Origin: an uncultured Anaerolineaceae bacterium
GTDB lineage: Bacteria; Chloroflexota; Anaerolineae; JAAYZQ01
Assembly (NCBI GenBank): GCA_964593865.1
Contig: CAZQKE010000089.1
Coordinates: forward strand, 1,358 to 65,357
Length of the DNA: 64,000 bases
Reading direction: 5' to 3'
In this document: positions 9,653-19,283 of the stretch, in pieces
Position numbering within the stretch: the stretch's first letter is position 1
Layout: each line of letters opens with the position of its first letter
Position numbers and translations under genes: made by a program
Notes under the pieces: model-generated
Database searches by the model: none
Told to the model about the DNA's origin: nothing
What the model saw: the letters and a program-made list of their open reading frames with translations, nothing else

Positions 9653-10738
9653 TCACTTCTTGGCTTCTATGACGGCCAGCAAGGAATCGAAGGAGCGGGA
9701 AAAAGCGATCACCCCATCATCCAGCAGCTGACGGGTCACGGCGTCCAAACTGATGCCCAGGTCGGCGAGCCGTCGTAGCAGATCACGGGCTTCATCTATC
9801 CCTTCTTCCAGGGTGAGGGCCACCCGACCGTGGTCCAAGAACGCTTCCAGGGTGACGGGCGGCAGGGTGTTGACCGTATGAGGGCCGATGAGCGGCTCCA
9901 CGTAGAGGGTATCGGGGTAGGCCGGGTTTTTGGTGCTGGTGCTGGCCCAAAGGGGCCGTTGGACCCGCGCACCTCGGTCTGCCAGCCGTTCCCACCGTTC
10001 ACCGGCAAAGATCTCTTTGAAAAGGGCATACGTAGATTTGGCGCAGGCGACGGCGATCTTGCCCTTCAGGGCCTTTGCTTGGGGGCTGGCAATGGAATCC
10101 AAGAGGCGGTCTACGGCGGTGTCAATGCGGCTGACAAAGAAGGACGCCACCGAGGCCGATTGGGAAAGGTCCAACCCGGCGACGGCCCGCCGTTCCAACC
10201 CGGCGATGTAGGCGAGGGCCACGTCGCGGTAGACATCCAATGAGAAGATGAGGGTCACGTTGACGTTGACCCCCTGACCGATGAGGGATTCGATGGCGGG
10301 AATGCCCTCCGACGTAGCCGGGACTTTGATCATCACATTCGGTCGGTCTAGGGCGGTGTAAAGGCGCTTGGCTTCGGCGACGGTCCCTTCGGTGTCATGG
10401 GCCAAGTGGGGGTTGACCTCCAAACTGACGTAGCCGTCTTCCCCTTCGCTCGCCTCAAACACAGGGCGCAAGATGTCGGCAGCCCGCCGAATATCCTCAA
10501 TGACCAGATCTTCGTAGATCTCCAGGGTGGATTTGCCCGTGGTGGCCAAAAGGGCCAGGGCGTCGTCATAGTCGTCGCTGTGGCCGATGGCTTGGTTCAG
10601 GATGGTGGGGTTGGAGGTGACGCCGCGCACTCCCTGTTCGACCAGGGCTTGCAGCCCTCCGCCGTTGAGCAATCCCCGACTGATGTTGTCATACCAGATT
10701 GACTGGCCCAATTCGGCCAAGCGGTGTAGTTTCGTCAT
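9653..10738 (-). CDS. tal: Transaldolase
   Basis: N-terminus LAELGQSIWYDNISRGLL, plus the active-site Lys region and overall TalB-like length. An upstream promoter TTGACA-17-TAATGT lies at about 10850..10880 on the minus strand. Confidence 0.9.
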   Translation of the reverse strand: MTKLHRLAELGQSIWYDNISRGLLNGGGLQALVEQGVRGVTSNPTILNQAIGHSDDYDDALALLATTGKSTLEIYEDLVIEDIRRAADILRPVFEASEGEDGYVSLEVNPHLAHDTEGTVAEAKRLYTALDRPNVMIKVPATSEGIPAIESLIGQGVNVNVTLIFSLDVYRDVALAYIAGLERRAVAGLDLSQSASVASFFVSRIDTAVDRLLDSIASPQAKALKGKIAVACAKSTYALFKEIFAGERWERLADRGARVQRPLWASTSTKNPAYPDTLYVEPLIGPHTVNTLPPVTLEAFLDHGRVALTLEEGIDEARDLLRRLADLGISLDAVTRQLLDDGVIAFSRSFDSLLAVIEAKK

Positions 10739-10933
10739 GATGCGTCTCCCTAAAAAATGGCGGACCGTCTACGAATTGAGTGCGGATGTACCCGACCCGG
10801 CGGCACAGGTTTCCGTCGGTTGAAGCCGCACCTTGCAGGCCGTGGCTGCGGTCCGGTGCGGGCAACCTTTTGAAAACATTAGCACGAACCGATCATTTTG
10901 TCAACTGCATCATCGCACATCACCCTCGGCCCT

Positions 10934-13297
10934 TTAGTCGGTAAGCAGGTGTGCGATGGTCACGCCGGTTCCCCCTTCTCCCTGCTCGCCGGAACGGTAG
11001 GAGCGGACCAGAGGATGCTCCCGTAGGTGTCGGCGGACGGCCCGGCGTAACGCACCGGTCCCTTTGCCGTGGATGATGCGCACCCAGGGCAGCCCGGCCA
11101 GAAAGGCGTCGTCCAGGTAGCGGTCCAGCTCCGGTAGGGCGTCCTCCACCCGTCGACCGCGCAGGTCCAATTCAATGCCGGGGGAAGGGGGCGGTTTCGG
11201 CAAGGAGACGGTCGGCTCCGGCGCGGCCTTGCGCGGCTTCCGCCGTTCCAAGTCGCTCCGCTGGACACGGACGCTAAAGGCCCCGACCTGCACCTCGGCC
11301 CTGTCGCCCTCCAGGGCGGTGACCTGCCCCGTGGTTCCCAGACCGACGATGAACACCGTGTCGCCGACGGCGATCTCTCCGGGCAGGGCTTCCGGCTCCG
11401 GTGGCGGCGGTGGGGGCGGAGGGGCAGCGGCTTTTTCCTGGGCGGCCAACCGCTCCCGGGCCTGGGCCAGCCATCGGGCCGTCAGGGAGGATTGGCGGCG
11501 GCGTTCGTCCAGTTCCTCTTGCAACGATTCAATTTCCCGGCGGAAGCGGGCCAACTCCCGGCGGGCTTCGGCCCGCGCCTCGCCCAAAATGGCCGCCCGT
11601 TCCCCTTCAATGGCGGCCAGGTGGGCGGCCAATCGCCGTTCTTGCTCCTCCACCCGCCGTTTGGTCTGAATCGCTTCATCACGGGCGGCGGCCGCTTCTC
11701 GGTGCGCCTGCTGAATCTCGGCCAGGAGCGATTCGGCGGCCCGTTCATCGGGCGAAACCAGGGCACGGGCCGCTTCTACAATCTCGGCGGGCAGCCCTAA
11801 CCGCTCGGCAATGGCGAATGCGTTGCTGCGCCCCGGCAGCCCGATCCGCATCCGGTAGGTGGGCGAGAGGGTGTCCAGGTCAAACTCCATGCTGGCGTTT
11901 TCGACGCCGGGTGTGGTCTGGGCGAAGGCTTTCAGCTCCGAATAGTGGGTGGCGACCAGGGTGGTAATGCGCCGTGCCAACAGATGGGCCAACAAGGCGC
12001 GGGCCAGGGCCGAACCCTCTACCGGGTCGGTGCCGGCCCCTAGCTCATCCAGCAGCACCAGACTGTGCTCGTCGGCCCGCTCCAGAATGTGGATGATGTT
12101 GATCAGGTGGGCCGAAAAGGTGGAAAGGGATTGCTCAATGGATTGTTCGTCGCCGATGTCGGCATAGATGCCGCTGAACACCGGCAGGCGACTGCCTTCG
12201 GCGACGGGCAGGTGCAAGCCTGCCTGGGCCATAGCCGCCATCAGCCCCACCGTTTTGAGGGAGACGGTTTTGCCGCCTGTGTTGGGACCGGTGATGACCA
12301 GGATGCGGTTGCCGTCAAGGTGTACGTCAATGGGCACGACCGTTTCGGGGTCAAGTAAGGGATGCCGTGCCTGTCGCAGGTCCAGGGGGGAACCGATGGC
12401 CGGGTCGGCGTCGGGGACCATCGTCGGCGGGACGGCCTGAATGGCGTCGGCGTAGCGGCCTTTGGCCAGGGCCAAGTCCAGGGCGGCCAGGGCCTCTACC
12501 GTCCAGGCCAATTCCTCACCGTGCCCGGCGACTTGGGCCGAAAGGTCGGCCAGGATGCGCTTCACCTCGCGGTCTTCCTCGACCTGCAGTTGCCGCCAGC
12601 GGTTGCCCATCTCCACCAGGGATAGGGGTTCAACGAAAAGGGTTGCGCCGCTGGCCGATGTATCGTGGACGATGCCGGGGATGCGCCCTTTGAAGTCGGC
12701 CTTGACGGGGATGACGTACCGCCCACCCCGCCGGGTGATGATCGCCTCTTGCAGGTAGGGCGCGTTCTGGGGGTTGGTGAGGATGCGGTTCAGCCGGTCC
12801 AGCAGTCTTTCGTGGACGGCCCGCAGGTCGCTGCGGATGCGGGCCAGTTGGGGGCTGGCCTGGTCCACCACTTCGCCTTGGTCGTTGAGGCAGCGGCGGA
12901 TTTCGTCGGCCAGGGCCGGGCAGGGTTCGATGCGGGCGGCGATGTCGGCCAGGAGGGGAACCCGGTTGCGCAGGCGGTGCAGGGTGCGGCGCACCCGCCC
13001 TCCGGCGCGGAGGGTGCCGAGGATGTCCAGCAGGTCGTCCGGTTGAAGGATCGCACCCCGTTGGGCACTGTGGGCCAGGGGGCGGACATCGCGGACACCG
13101 CCCAGGGACAGGCCGCCCTGGGTGTCCAGCAGGTAGCGGGCTTCGGCGGTTTCCTGCAGCCGTTCCCGGACCTCATCGGCAAAGGGGGTAGGAGTGAGGG
13201 CCAGAGCCATTTCCCGCCCGGCGGAAAAGGTGGTGTGCCGGGCCAAATGGGCCAAGACCTGGGGGAATTCCAGGGTCTGGAGCGATTTGGAATCCAT
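10934..13297 (-). CDS. mutS2: Endonuclease MutS2 (MutS domain ATPase plus C-terminal Smr domain)
   Basis: Walker A GPNTGGKT. MutS domain V. Long coiled-coil. C-terminal Smr domain (LDLRGRRVEDAL...IIHGKGTGALR). Confidence 0.9.
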   Translation of the reverse strand: MDSKSLQTLEFPQVLAHLARHTTFSAGREMALALTPTPFADEVRERLQETAEARYLLDTQGGLSLGGVRDVRPLAHSAQRGAILQPDDLLDILGTLRAGGRVRRTLHRLRNRVPLLADIAARIEPCPALADEIRRCLNDQGEVVDQASPQLARIRSDLRAVHERLLDRLNRILTNPQNAPYLQEAIITRRGGRYVIPVKADFKGRIPGIVHDTSASGATLFVEPLSLVEMGNRWRQLQVEEDREVKRILADLSAQVAGHGEELAWTVEALAALDLALAKGRYADAIQAVPPTMVPDADPAIGSPLDLRQARHPLLDPETVVPIDVHLDGNRILVITGPNTGGKTVSLKTVGLMAAMAQAGLHLPVAEGSRLPVFSGIYADIGDEQSIEQSLSTFSAHLINIIHILERADEHSLVLLDELGAGTDPVEGSALARALLAHLLARRITTLVATHYSELKAFAQTTPGVENASMEFDLDTLSPTYRMRIGLPGRSNAFAIAERLGLPAEIVEAARALVSPDERAAESLLAEIQQAHREAAAARDEAIQTKRRVEEQERRLAAHLAAIEGERAAILGEARAEARRELARFRREIESLQEELDERRRQSSLTARWLAQARERLAAQEKAAAPPPPPPPPEPEALPGEIAVGDTVFIVGLGTTGQVTALEGDRAEVQVGAFSVRVQRSDLERRKPRKAAPEPTVSLPKPPPSPGIELDLRGRRVEDALPELDRYLDDAFLAGLPWVRIIHGKGTGALRRAVRRHLREHPLVRSYRSGEQGEGGTGVTIAHLLTD

Positions 13298-13300
13298 CGG

Positions 13301-13879
13301 CTACCGCAAGGATCTGAAGATGTCGGGCGCGAGACCTTTGGGCATCCAGGGTCGGATCGTGAACATGAAAATGGGATACAGCCTGATAAAGATGGGAACC
13401 AGGTGAGAGGTGCGAAAGAACATCAGCATATTTTCGCGCAACGCGCTGCGTGCAATGTCGGTGGCGTACAGGACAAAAGAGATGGCGATCAGGGATAGGC
13501 CGATCCAAAAGCAGGTCAGGAGGAAACCGAGGACCATACCGCCGATCTGGTCAAATTGGCGAATGCCGGGCAAGGCGGTATCTCTGTAAGTGCGCCCCAA
13601 GACGAAGGTGGTCAAGGCGTAAAAGAGGATGAGGATCAGACCAAAGGCGATGCTCTGGCTTGAGGTTGCCGGAAGGGCACCGCTGGTCAGATAGCGGATC
13701 CAGCCGCCGACGGGGATGTACAGGGTCATAGCCAAGACGGTGGCAACATAGAGCACCAGGAGGCCGAGGGCCATCCGCACCAAGCCTTTGGTGAAGCCAT
13801 AAGCAATGCCGGCCAGCAGAGCAAAGGTGATGACTACGTCAAAGGGGTTGAGCCAGGCCGGGAGAAAGTCCATCTCCAC
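13301..13879 (-). CDS. CvpA-family membrane protein (colicin V production protein-like)
   Basis: About 4 TM helices. N-terminal FDVVITFALLAGIAYGFTKGLV is typical of CvpA. Immediately downstream of mutS2, as in many genomes. Confidence 0.7.
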   Translation of the reverse strand: MEMDFLPAWLNPFDVVITFALLAGIAYGFTKGLVRMALGLLVLYVATVLAMTLYIPVGGWIRYLTSGALPATSSQSIAFGLILILFYALTTFVLGRTYRDTALPGIRQFDQIGGMVLGFLLTCFWIGLSLIAISFVLYATDIARSALRENMLMFFRTSHLVPIFIRLYPIFMFTIRPWMPKGLAPDIFRSLR

Positions 13880-13883
13880 CCCC

Positions 13884-14291
13884 TCACCTGTCTCCGCCGT
13901 TGGCGGGTGACTTGTAAGAGCGGAGGACGCGTTCTATGCGGGCGATCAGCTCACGGCGCGGCAGTTTTGATTTGACGATAAAATCCTGCAGGTCGGTGCG
14001 GGCCAGCCACATGAGTTGATCAAAGGGTGAATCCAAAGCGGTGAGGGCAATGACCGGGATGTCACGGATGGCGGGGTCCTCTTTTTTGTGGAGCAGCACC
14101 TCCGCACCGTCCATGCCGGGCATCATCAGGTCCAAGAGGACCAGATCGGGTGATTCGCGGCGCATGGCCTCCAGCCCGGCTTCTCCTCCTTCCGCGCCGA
14201 TCACGTCGTACCCCGCTTTGCTCAAGACCAGGCTGATGTACTCAATCATATCGGGGTCGTCTTCAATGCACAAGATCTTGGCCTGGGTCAT
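13884..14291 (-). CDS. Single-domain response regulator (CheY-like receiver)
   Basis: KILCIEDDPDM, phospho-acceptor region LVLLDLMMPGMDG, and a conserved Lys region. Start trimmed to MTQAK (ATG at 14291). The longer track ORF is an upstream extension. Confidence 0.8.
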   Translation of the reverse strand: MTQAKILCIEDDPDMIEYISLVLSKAGYDVIGAEGGEAGLEAMRRESPDLVLLDLMMPGMDGAEVLLHKKEDPAIRDIPVIALTALDSPFDQLMWLARTDLQDFIVKSKLPRRELIARIERVLRSYKSPANGGDR

Positions 14292-14749
14292 TCCCCTTTC
14301 CCCTCCTGAGCGGTCAGGGCCGCATCGATGGCCGCCAGTAATTCTTTGCGCTTGAAGGGCTTGGTGATGTAATCCTTGATCTCGGTATGCTCCCGCCACA
14401 TGATCTGATCAAACGGTGAGGAAAGAGCCGTCACGGCGATCACCGGAATATCACAGATGAGTGGGTCTTGGCCTTTTTCGAGCAGGACCGCTGCGCCGTC
14501 CATGTTGGGCATCATCAGGTCCAACAGCACCAGGTTGGGGCGGTGCTGCCTCATCATCTGCAGCCCTTCCATCCCGTCGCGGGCCACCAGGACCTCATAG
14601 CCCGCCGCTTCCAGGATGAGCCGCAACAGGTCCTGCATCCCCGGTTCATCTTCCATGCACAAAATACGCCCTCTCACTTCAATCACGCTCCCTCCCCAGA
14701 GGACATTGCCCAATCCATTGTAACAGAATCGGGGGTGAAAGTCAAACAT
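14288..14749 (-). CDS. Single-domain response regulator (CheY-like receiver), paralog of the downstream one
   Basis: RILCMEDEPGM, LVLLDLMMPNMDG. The start is uncertain and may be the internal GTG near VIEVRG. Confidence 0.7.
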   Translation of the reverse strand: MFDFHPRFCYNGLGNVLWGGSVIEVRGRILCMEDEPGMQDLLRLILEAAGYEVLVARDGMEGLQMMRQHRPNLVLLDLMMPNMDGAAVLLEKGQDPLICDIPVIAVTALSSPFDQIMWREHTEIKDYITKPFKRKELLAAIDAALTAQEGKGE

Positions 14750-14926
14750 GGTCGGTCAATGTTAGAGTTCGGGCCACAGGCCGTATTGCCCTTGCCCGAA
14801 ACCCAAAAGTGGATTTTGCATTTCCCCCTTGAATGAGGTATAATCGCTCCGGTTTGGCGGAACCCACCCTGGCCACAGAAGTTGTTTGCGGATGGCCCGG
14901 TACACCCCGACCGAGATAGGTGTGTG

Positions 14927-17782
14927 ATGCGAAAGGTTCGGTCTCATCCCTTCCTCTGGGCCGTGCTGAACCTGACCGGCTTGACGGCGGTCATCATCCT
15001 GCTGGCCTGGTTGTGGCGTAGACGGAAAACGGTCCGTCTCGCGCCGCCGCGCCGCGCCGTCCCCTCCGTCATCCCCACCGACATCCGGGGGTTGACCCAA
15101 TCCGAGGCAAAAGCCCGCCGCCAAGAGGGCCAGGATAACGCCATCTTTGCCACGCCGCCGCGCACCGTCCGCGACATCTGGCGCGAGAACCTCTATACCG
15201 TTTTCAATTTCAGTCTGGTGGGATTGGCCGTCGCCCAGTTGATTCTGGGCCAGCCCCTGGGCGCATTGGTCAGCTTGGGAACCATCTTTTTGAACATCGG
15301 CCTCAACATTGCCCAGGAGATGCTGGCCCGCCGTCGTCTGCGGGCCGTCGAGCAAGCCGGGCGGCCCCAGGCTACCGCCATTCGGGAAGGCCGCGTCCAC
15401 AGCATAGACCCTGCCGAGATCGTCGTCGGCGATGCGTTGGTCGTCGGCCCCGGCGACCAGGTGTTGGCCGACGGTGTGTTGATCGGCCGGGGCCGGATCG
15501 TGGTGGATGAGGCGATGTTGGGCCGGGGGCGGCGGGTTCCTAAAGGACCGGGCGATCCCCTCTACGCCGGTAGCATCTGCCTAGATGGGCGGGCCGTCTA
15601 CGAAGTGCAGCGGGTGGGTGATGAACGGCTCATTGCCATCCGGCTCAAAGAGGCCCCTGCCGCCCGCCCCGAATCGACCCCCCTGGAGCGGATCGTTGAG
15701 CGGGTTCTGTGGGTGTTGCTGGGCGTCGTCGCCCTACTGACCCTCCTGCTGCTGGGCGTCTACTTCCGGCTGGACCGGGCGTTGCAGGTGGATGTGGAAC
15801 CCTTTACCGATGCCGTTTCGGTCATTTTTAACATTGCCCCCAGCAGCCTTTATTTTATGATCGTGCTGACCTACGCGGCAGGTACGGCGGACCTGGCCCG
15901 CTTGGGTGCGCTGGTACACCGCGCCCGGTCCGTCGAATCGCTGGCCCAGGCGACGGTCGTTTGCTTTGCGCAGGCGGGGTTCCTCACCGGAACCCATGTT
16001 GAGATGCAGCCCATCGCTCCGCCGGAAGGCCACGAACCGGTGGCCGAATCGCGGCTGCGGCAGATCCTGGGCGATTTCGTGCGCAACACCTCCCTGGATA
16101 ACCTGGCGACGCGGGCCATGCTTTCGGTGTTTGAAGGGACGCCGCGCACGGTGCGGGAAGAAGCTCCCTTCCTCTCGGTCTACGGTTGGTGTGCCGTCGC
16201 CTTTGACGATGACGACCTGCAGGGCGTCTACATCTTGGGCGAGCGGGAAGCGTTGGCGCCATGCCTGCCCGCCGGAGGCGAAGCTCCACCGCCGGAGGGC
16301 GGGGCGGTGGAGGTGGGCCGTCAGGTGCTGGACAAGATCGCCTCCCCCCTGGGGCGTCTCTTCCGCCGCCCTGCGCCTCGGCCTGAAGGGACGCTCTCCC
16401 AAGAGCTGCGCCCCATCTCCCCTGCTGCAGGGCCGGGTGCCGCAACGCAGACGCCTGCTCTTTCGGAGGAGGAGCCACCCCGCAAAGGATTTTGGCGGCG
16501 ACTGGGCGGAGAGCGGGGGGCGGGCCTGCTGCGGAAGTTGGGCGGGCGGTTGGGCACGCTCCTGCGCCGGGGGGAAAAGCCGGATGGAGGAGCGGCCCCG
16601 GAGCGCGAGCCGTTGCAGGAAACCGTCTTGCTGTTCGCCTACACGCCGGAGCTCCGACCGCTCCACGGGGCCGACGGACGCCCCCGCCTGCCTGCTCCAT
16701 TGATCCCCCTGTGCGAACTCCATTACACCGAGCAGGTCCGTCCCGAAGCGGTCGAAGCGATCCGCACCTTCACCGAAAGCGGCATCGGCGTCAAAGCCTT
16801 TACCTACGACGATCCGGCGCAGACGACGGCGATCTTGCGCCGGGCGGGGCTGGAGGAGTCCCTCCTGCGGACCATCACCGGGCCGGAGCTGGAGGCCCTC
16901 GGTGAGGAAGAGCGGCAGCAGGCGGCGGAGGAGCACACCGTCTTTGGGCAGGTCACTCCCGAACAGGTGGGCGACCTGGTCCGCGATTTGCGCCGCCGGG
17001 GGGAATTGGTGGTCGTCGTCGGCGACCGGGTGAGCGATCTGCCTGCCATGCGCCGGGCCGATCTGGCCATCGCCCGCCAGAGCAGCAGCCAGGCCGCCCT
17101 CAGCGCGGCAGACATTGTGCTCCTGGGCGATTCGGCGGATGTGTTGCGGCGGGTGCTGGACAAGGGGCAACGCATCGGCCGCGGCCTGTTGGATGTGCTC
17201 AAACTGAACCTGACCCAGGTCTCCTATTTGGCGATCCTCATTCTGGCCCTTTATCTGCTTTCCGCCGGGTTCCCTTTCAGATCGGGGCAGGTGACGGTCA
17301 TCAACCTGGTTACCGTTGCTCTGCCGGCGGCCGGCTTTTCCCTGTGGGCCAGGGCGGGCGTCCTGCCCCGCAGGGGATTGGGCCGCATTCTGGCCCGCTT
17401 TGTGTTGCCCGCGGCCCTGACCCTGGGCACGGCAGCCGTCCTCACCTACCGCCATTTCTGGCTCCGAAGCGGGGAAATGGATTATGCCCGGCAGGCCATC
17501 ACCCACCTGTTGGTCCTGGCCGGGCTGGGGTTGGTGATGCTCATGTCCCCGCCCTTGCGGTTGGAGCGGGGGTTGCGGGTGCGCCTCGGCGATCCCCGTT
17601 TCACCGCCTTGGCCCTCTCCCTGCTGATCCTGTTCGTCGCCGCGACCGTCATCCCCCTGGCGCAAAAGTACCTGTTTATCGCCCCTTTGCACCGTCCGGC
17701 AGACTATACCCTGGTGGGGGCGGCAGCTCTGGCCTGCATTGCCGTCCTGCGCCTGGTTTGGACGGTGCTGCCGGTGGAATAG
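14927..17782 (+). CDS. P-type ATPase homolog with degenerate catalytic motifs (pseudo-ATPase) and a large low-complexity Pro/Gly/Arg-rich insertion
   Basis: Canonical P-type N-terminus (GLTQSEAKARRQEGQDN) and M1-M4 region. TGES is replaced by LGRGRR. DKTGTLT is replaced by FAQAGFLTGT, losing the phosphorylated Asp. GDGVND is replaced by GDRVSD. About 6 C-terminal TM helices. Upstream promoter TTGCAT-17-TATAAT at about 14813..14841. Confidence 0.7.
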   Translation: MRKVRSHPFLWAVLNLTGLTAVIILLAWLWRRRKTVRLAPPRRAVPSVIPTDIRGLTQSEAKARRQEGQDNAIFATPPRTVRDIWRENLYTVFNFSLVGLAVAQLILGQPLGALVSLGTIFLNIGLNIAQEMLARRRLRAVEQAGRPQATAIREGRVHSIDPAEIVVGDALVVGPGDQVLADGVLIGRGRIVVDEAMLGRGRRVPKGPGDPLYAGSICLDGRAVYEVQRVGDERLIAIRLKEAPAARPESTPLERIVERVLWVLLGVVALLTLLLLGVYFRLDRALQVDVEPFTDAVSVIFNIAPSSLYFMIVLTYAAGTADLARLGALVHRARSVESLAQATVVCFAQAGFLTGTHVEMQPIAPPEGHEPVAESRLRQILGDFVRNTSLDNLATRAMLSVFEGTPRTVREEAPFLSVYGWCAVAFDDDDLQGVYILGEREALAPCLPAGGEAPPPEGGAVEVGRQVLDKIASPLGRLFRRPAPRPEGTLSQELRPISPAAGPGAATQTPALSEEEPPRKGFWRRLGGERGAGLLRKLGGRLGTLLRRGEKPDGGAAPEREPLQETVLLFAYTPELRPLHGADGRPRLPAPLIPLCELHYTEQVRPEAVEAIRTFTESGIGVKAFTYDDPAQTTAILRRAGLEESLLRTITGPELEALGEEERQQAAEEHTVFGQVTPEQVGDLVRDLRRRGELVVVVGDRVSDLPAMRRADLAIARQSSSQAALSAADIVLLGDSADVLRRVLDKGQRIGRGLLDVLKLNLTQVSYLAILILALYLLSAGFPFRSGQVTVINLVTVALPAAGFSLWARAGVLPRRGLGRILARFVLPAALTLGTAAVLTYRHFWLRSGEMDYARQAITHLLVLAGLGLVMLMSPPLRLERGLRVRLGDPRFTALALSLLILFVAATVIPLAQKYLFIAPLHRPADYTLVGAAALACIAVLRLVWTVLPVE

Positions 17783-17791
17783 AGGTTGTTC

Positions 17792-18775
17792 ATGATGGAA
17801 GGAACCGTCGTCATCCGCAAGACGCCCTTTTTGTTTTTCAAACGCTTGATCCTGGTTGAATTCTTTTTCGCCCTTTTGCCGCTGGCACTCACCCTGCTTG
17901 CCGACCTGCGGGCCAGTTACGAAGCAACTCCCCTGGCGGCCAGTGTATCCTACCCTCTCCTGTTTGCCCTGGGAATTGCCACCCTGCAGGTGCTCATCCT
18001 CATCGTCGCTTTTGTGTTGTGGTATTTCCCCGTTTATGAAATAGACCGGGAGCGTGTTCTCTACCGTCGGGCCAATCTGTTTGAGGACCGGGTGCTGACC
18101 GCCACCCAGAGCATCACCGCCGTAGAACCACGGCAGAGCCGGTTAGGGCGGCGGTTGGGCTACGGCTCCCTCCTTATTTACAGCCGCGGGAACGACCGCC
18201 CGATCCACCTCCGCGACGTGCCCGATCCGGCCCGCCGCGCCGGGCAGATTTTGGCTCTGGTCGAGAAGCCACCCGCGCCTGACCGGGAACCCTCTTTGGC
18301 CGAGCTGCTTGCCCAGGGGGAAAATCAGCATGTGGAGTTCAAATCCAGCCTGCTGTGGGACTACCGTCGGCAAAAGGTGAACAAAGAGCTTTACGTCCCG
18401 GTGATGAAGAACATCGTCGCCTTCCTCAACACTACAGGGGGTACGCTGCTCATCGGTGTAGACGACGAAGGGCAGGTCCTGGGCTTGGAACCGGACTATC
18501 GCTCCATTCCCAAGCCCAATGCCGACGGTTTTGAGAATGTCTTCAACATGGCTTTCAACAAGATGATCGGCGTTGAATTCCGGCGGTTTGTAGACGTGCG
18601 CTTTGCCGAGATGGAGGGCAAGGAGGTCTGCATCGTTTCTGTGCGGCCTGCTTCCGAACCGGCGTTTTTGACCCACAAAGGGACGGAAACCTTTTACATC
18701 CGTGCCGGGAACGCAACCCAGCCCCTTTCGGTCAGCAAGGCGACCCACTATATCCGCGAGCATTTTGGGCAATGA
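17792..18775 (+). CDS. Membrane protein with N-terminal TM pair, YdbT-like bPH_2 domain, and C-terminal AlbA_2 (Schlafen-like putative nucleic-acid-binding) domain
   Basis: bPH_2: YEIDRERVLYRRANLFEDRVLTATQSITAVEP...LLIYSRG. AlbA_2: ENQHVEFKSSLL...IVAFLNTTGGTLLIGVDDEGQVLGLE...FYIRAGNATQPL. An AGAGG SD sits 6 nt before the ATG, 9 nt after the pseudo-ATPase stop. Confidence 0.7.
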   Translation: MMEGTVVIRKTPFLFFKRLILVEFFFALLPLALTLLADLRASYEATPLAASVSYPLLFALGIATLQVLILIVAFVLWYFPVYEIDRERVLYRRANLFEDRVLTATQSITAVEPRQSRLGRRLGYGSLLIYSRGNDRPIHLRDVPDPARRAGQILALVEKPPAPDREPSLAELLAQGENQHVEFKSSLLWDYRRQKVNKELYVPVMKNIVAFLNTTGGTLLIGVDDEGQVLGLEPDYRSIPKPNADGFENVFNMAFNKMIGVEFRRFVDVRFAEMEGKEVCIVSVRPASEPAFLTHKGTETFYIRAGNATQPLSVSKATHYIREHFGQ

Positions 18776-19278
18776 GCCGTCAAACCTTGCCGCGCTTTTC
18801 CGCTCTGTTGGATGTGGGCTGGAAACTGGCCCGTAGGCTTCTCTATGCCCGCTATCGGCTGGGGGCGGCGGCGGTTATCGTCAACGAAAGGGGGGAAGTG
18901 CTGCTGGTACAGCACAACTACGCCCGCCAGGATTGGACCCTGCCCGGTGGGGCGGCCGATCCCCGCGAGTCGATCACCGAGACGGCCCTGCGTGAAGTGC
19001 GCGAAGAGACCGGCTTGACGGTGGTGGCCGAGTATGTGACCGGCCTGTACTACGAGCAGGATCTGGATATGCTCAATGTGGTGTTTTGGTGCACTACGCC
19101 CGACGGGCGTTTTGATCTGCGGCCCGGCAGGGGAGAGATCAGCCGCTGTGCCTTTTGGCCGCCCGACGCCCTGCCCCGGCCCATCAGCGACTACACGGTG
19201 CTCCGCATCCGGGATGCCCTGGCCGGGGCGCGATACCCCTTGCCCACCGTCGTCGGCCCGCGCCGCTGGCTTGAGTAA
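18772..19278 (+). CDS. NUDIX hydrolase
   Basis: Nudix box GGAADPRESITETALREVREETGL. The start codon overlaps the upstream stop (ATGA), indicating translational coupling. Confidence 0.85.
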   Translation: MSRQTLPRFSALLDVGWKLARRLLYARYRLGAAAVIVNERGEVLLVQHNYARQDWTLPGGAADPRESITETALREVREETGLTVVAEYVTGLYYEQDLDMLNVVFWCTTPDGRFDLRPGRGEISRCAFWPPDALPRPISDYTVLRIRDALAGARYPLPTVVGPRRWLE

Positions 19279-19283
19279 ACGCC

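Noticed and set aside
15734-17692. 652-aa minus-strand ORF, plus several 100-270 aa Arg/Pro-rich ORFs in 15.9-17.9 kb
   Set aside because: Antisense or out-of-frame to the P-type ATPase homolog. Low-complexity Arg/Gly/Pro translations characteristic of wrong-frame GC-rich DNA.
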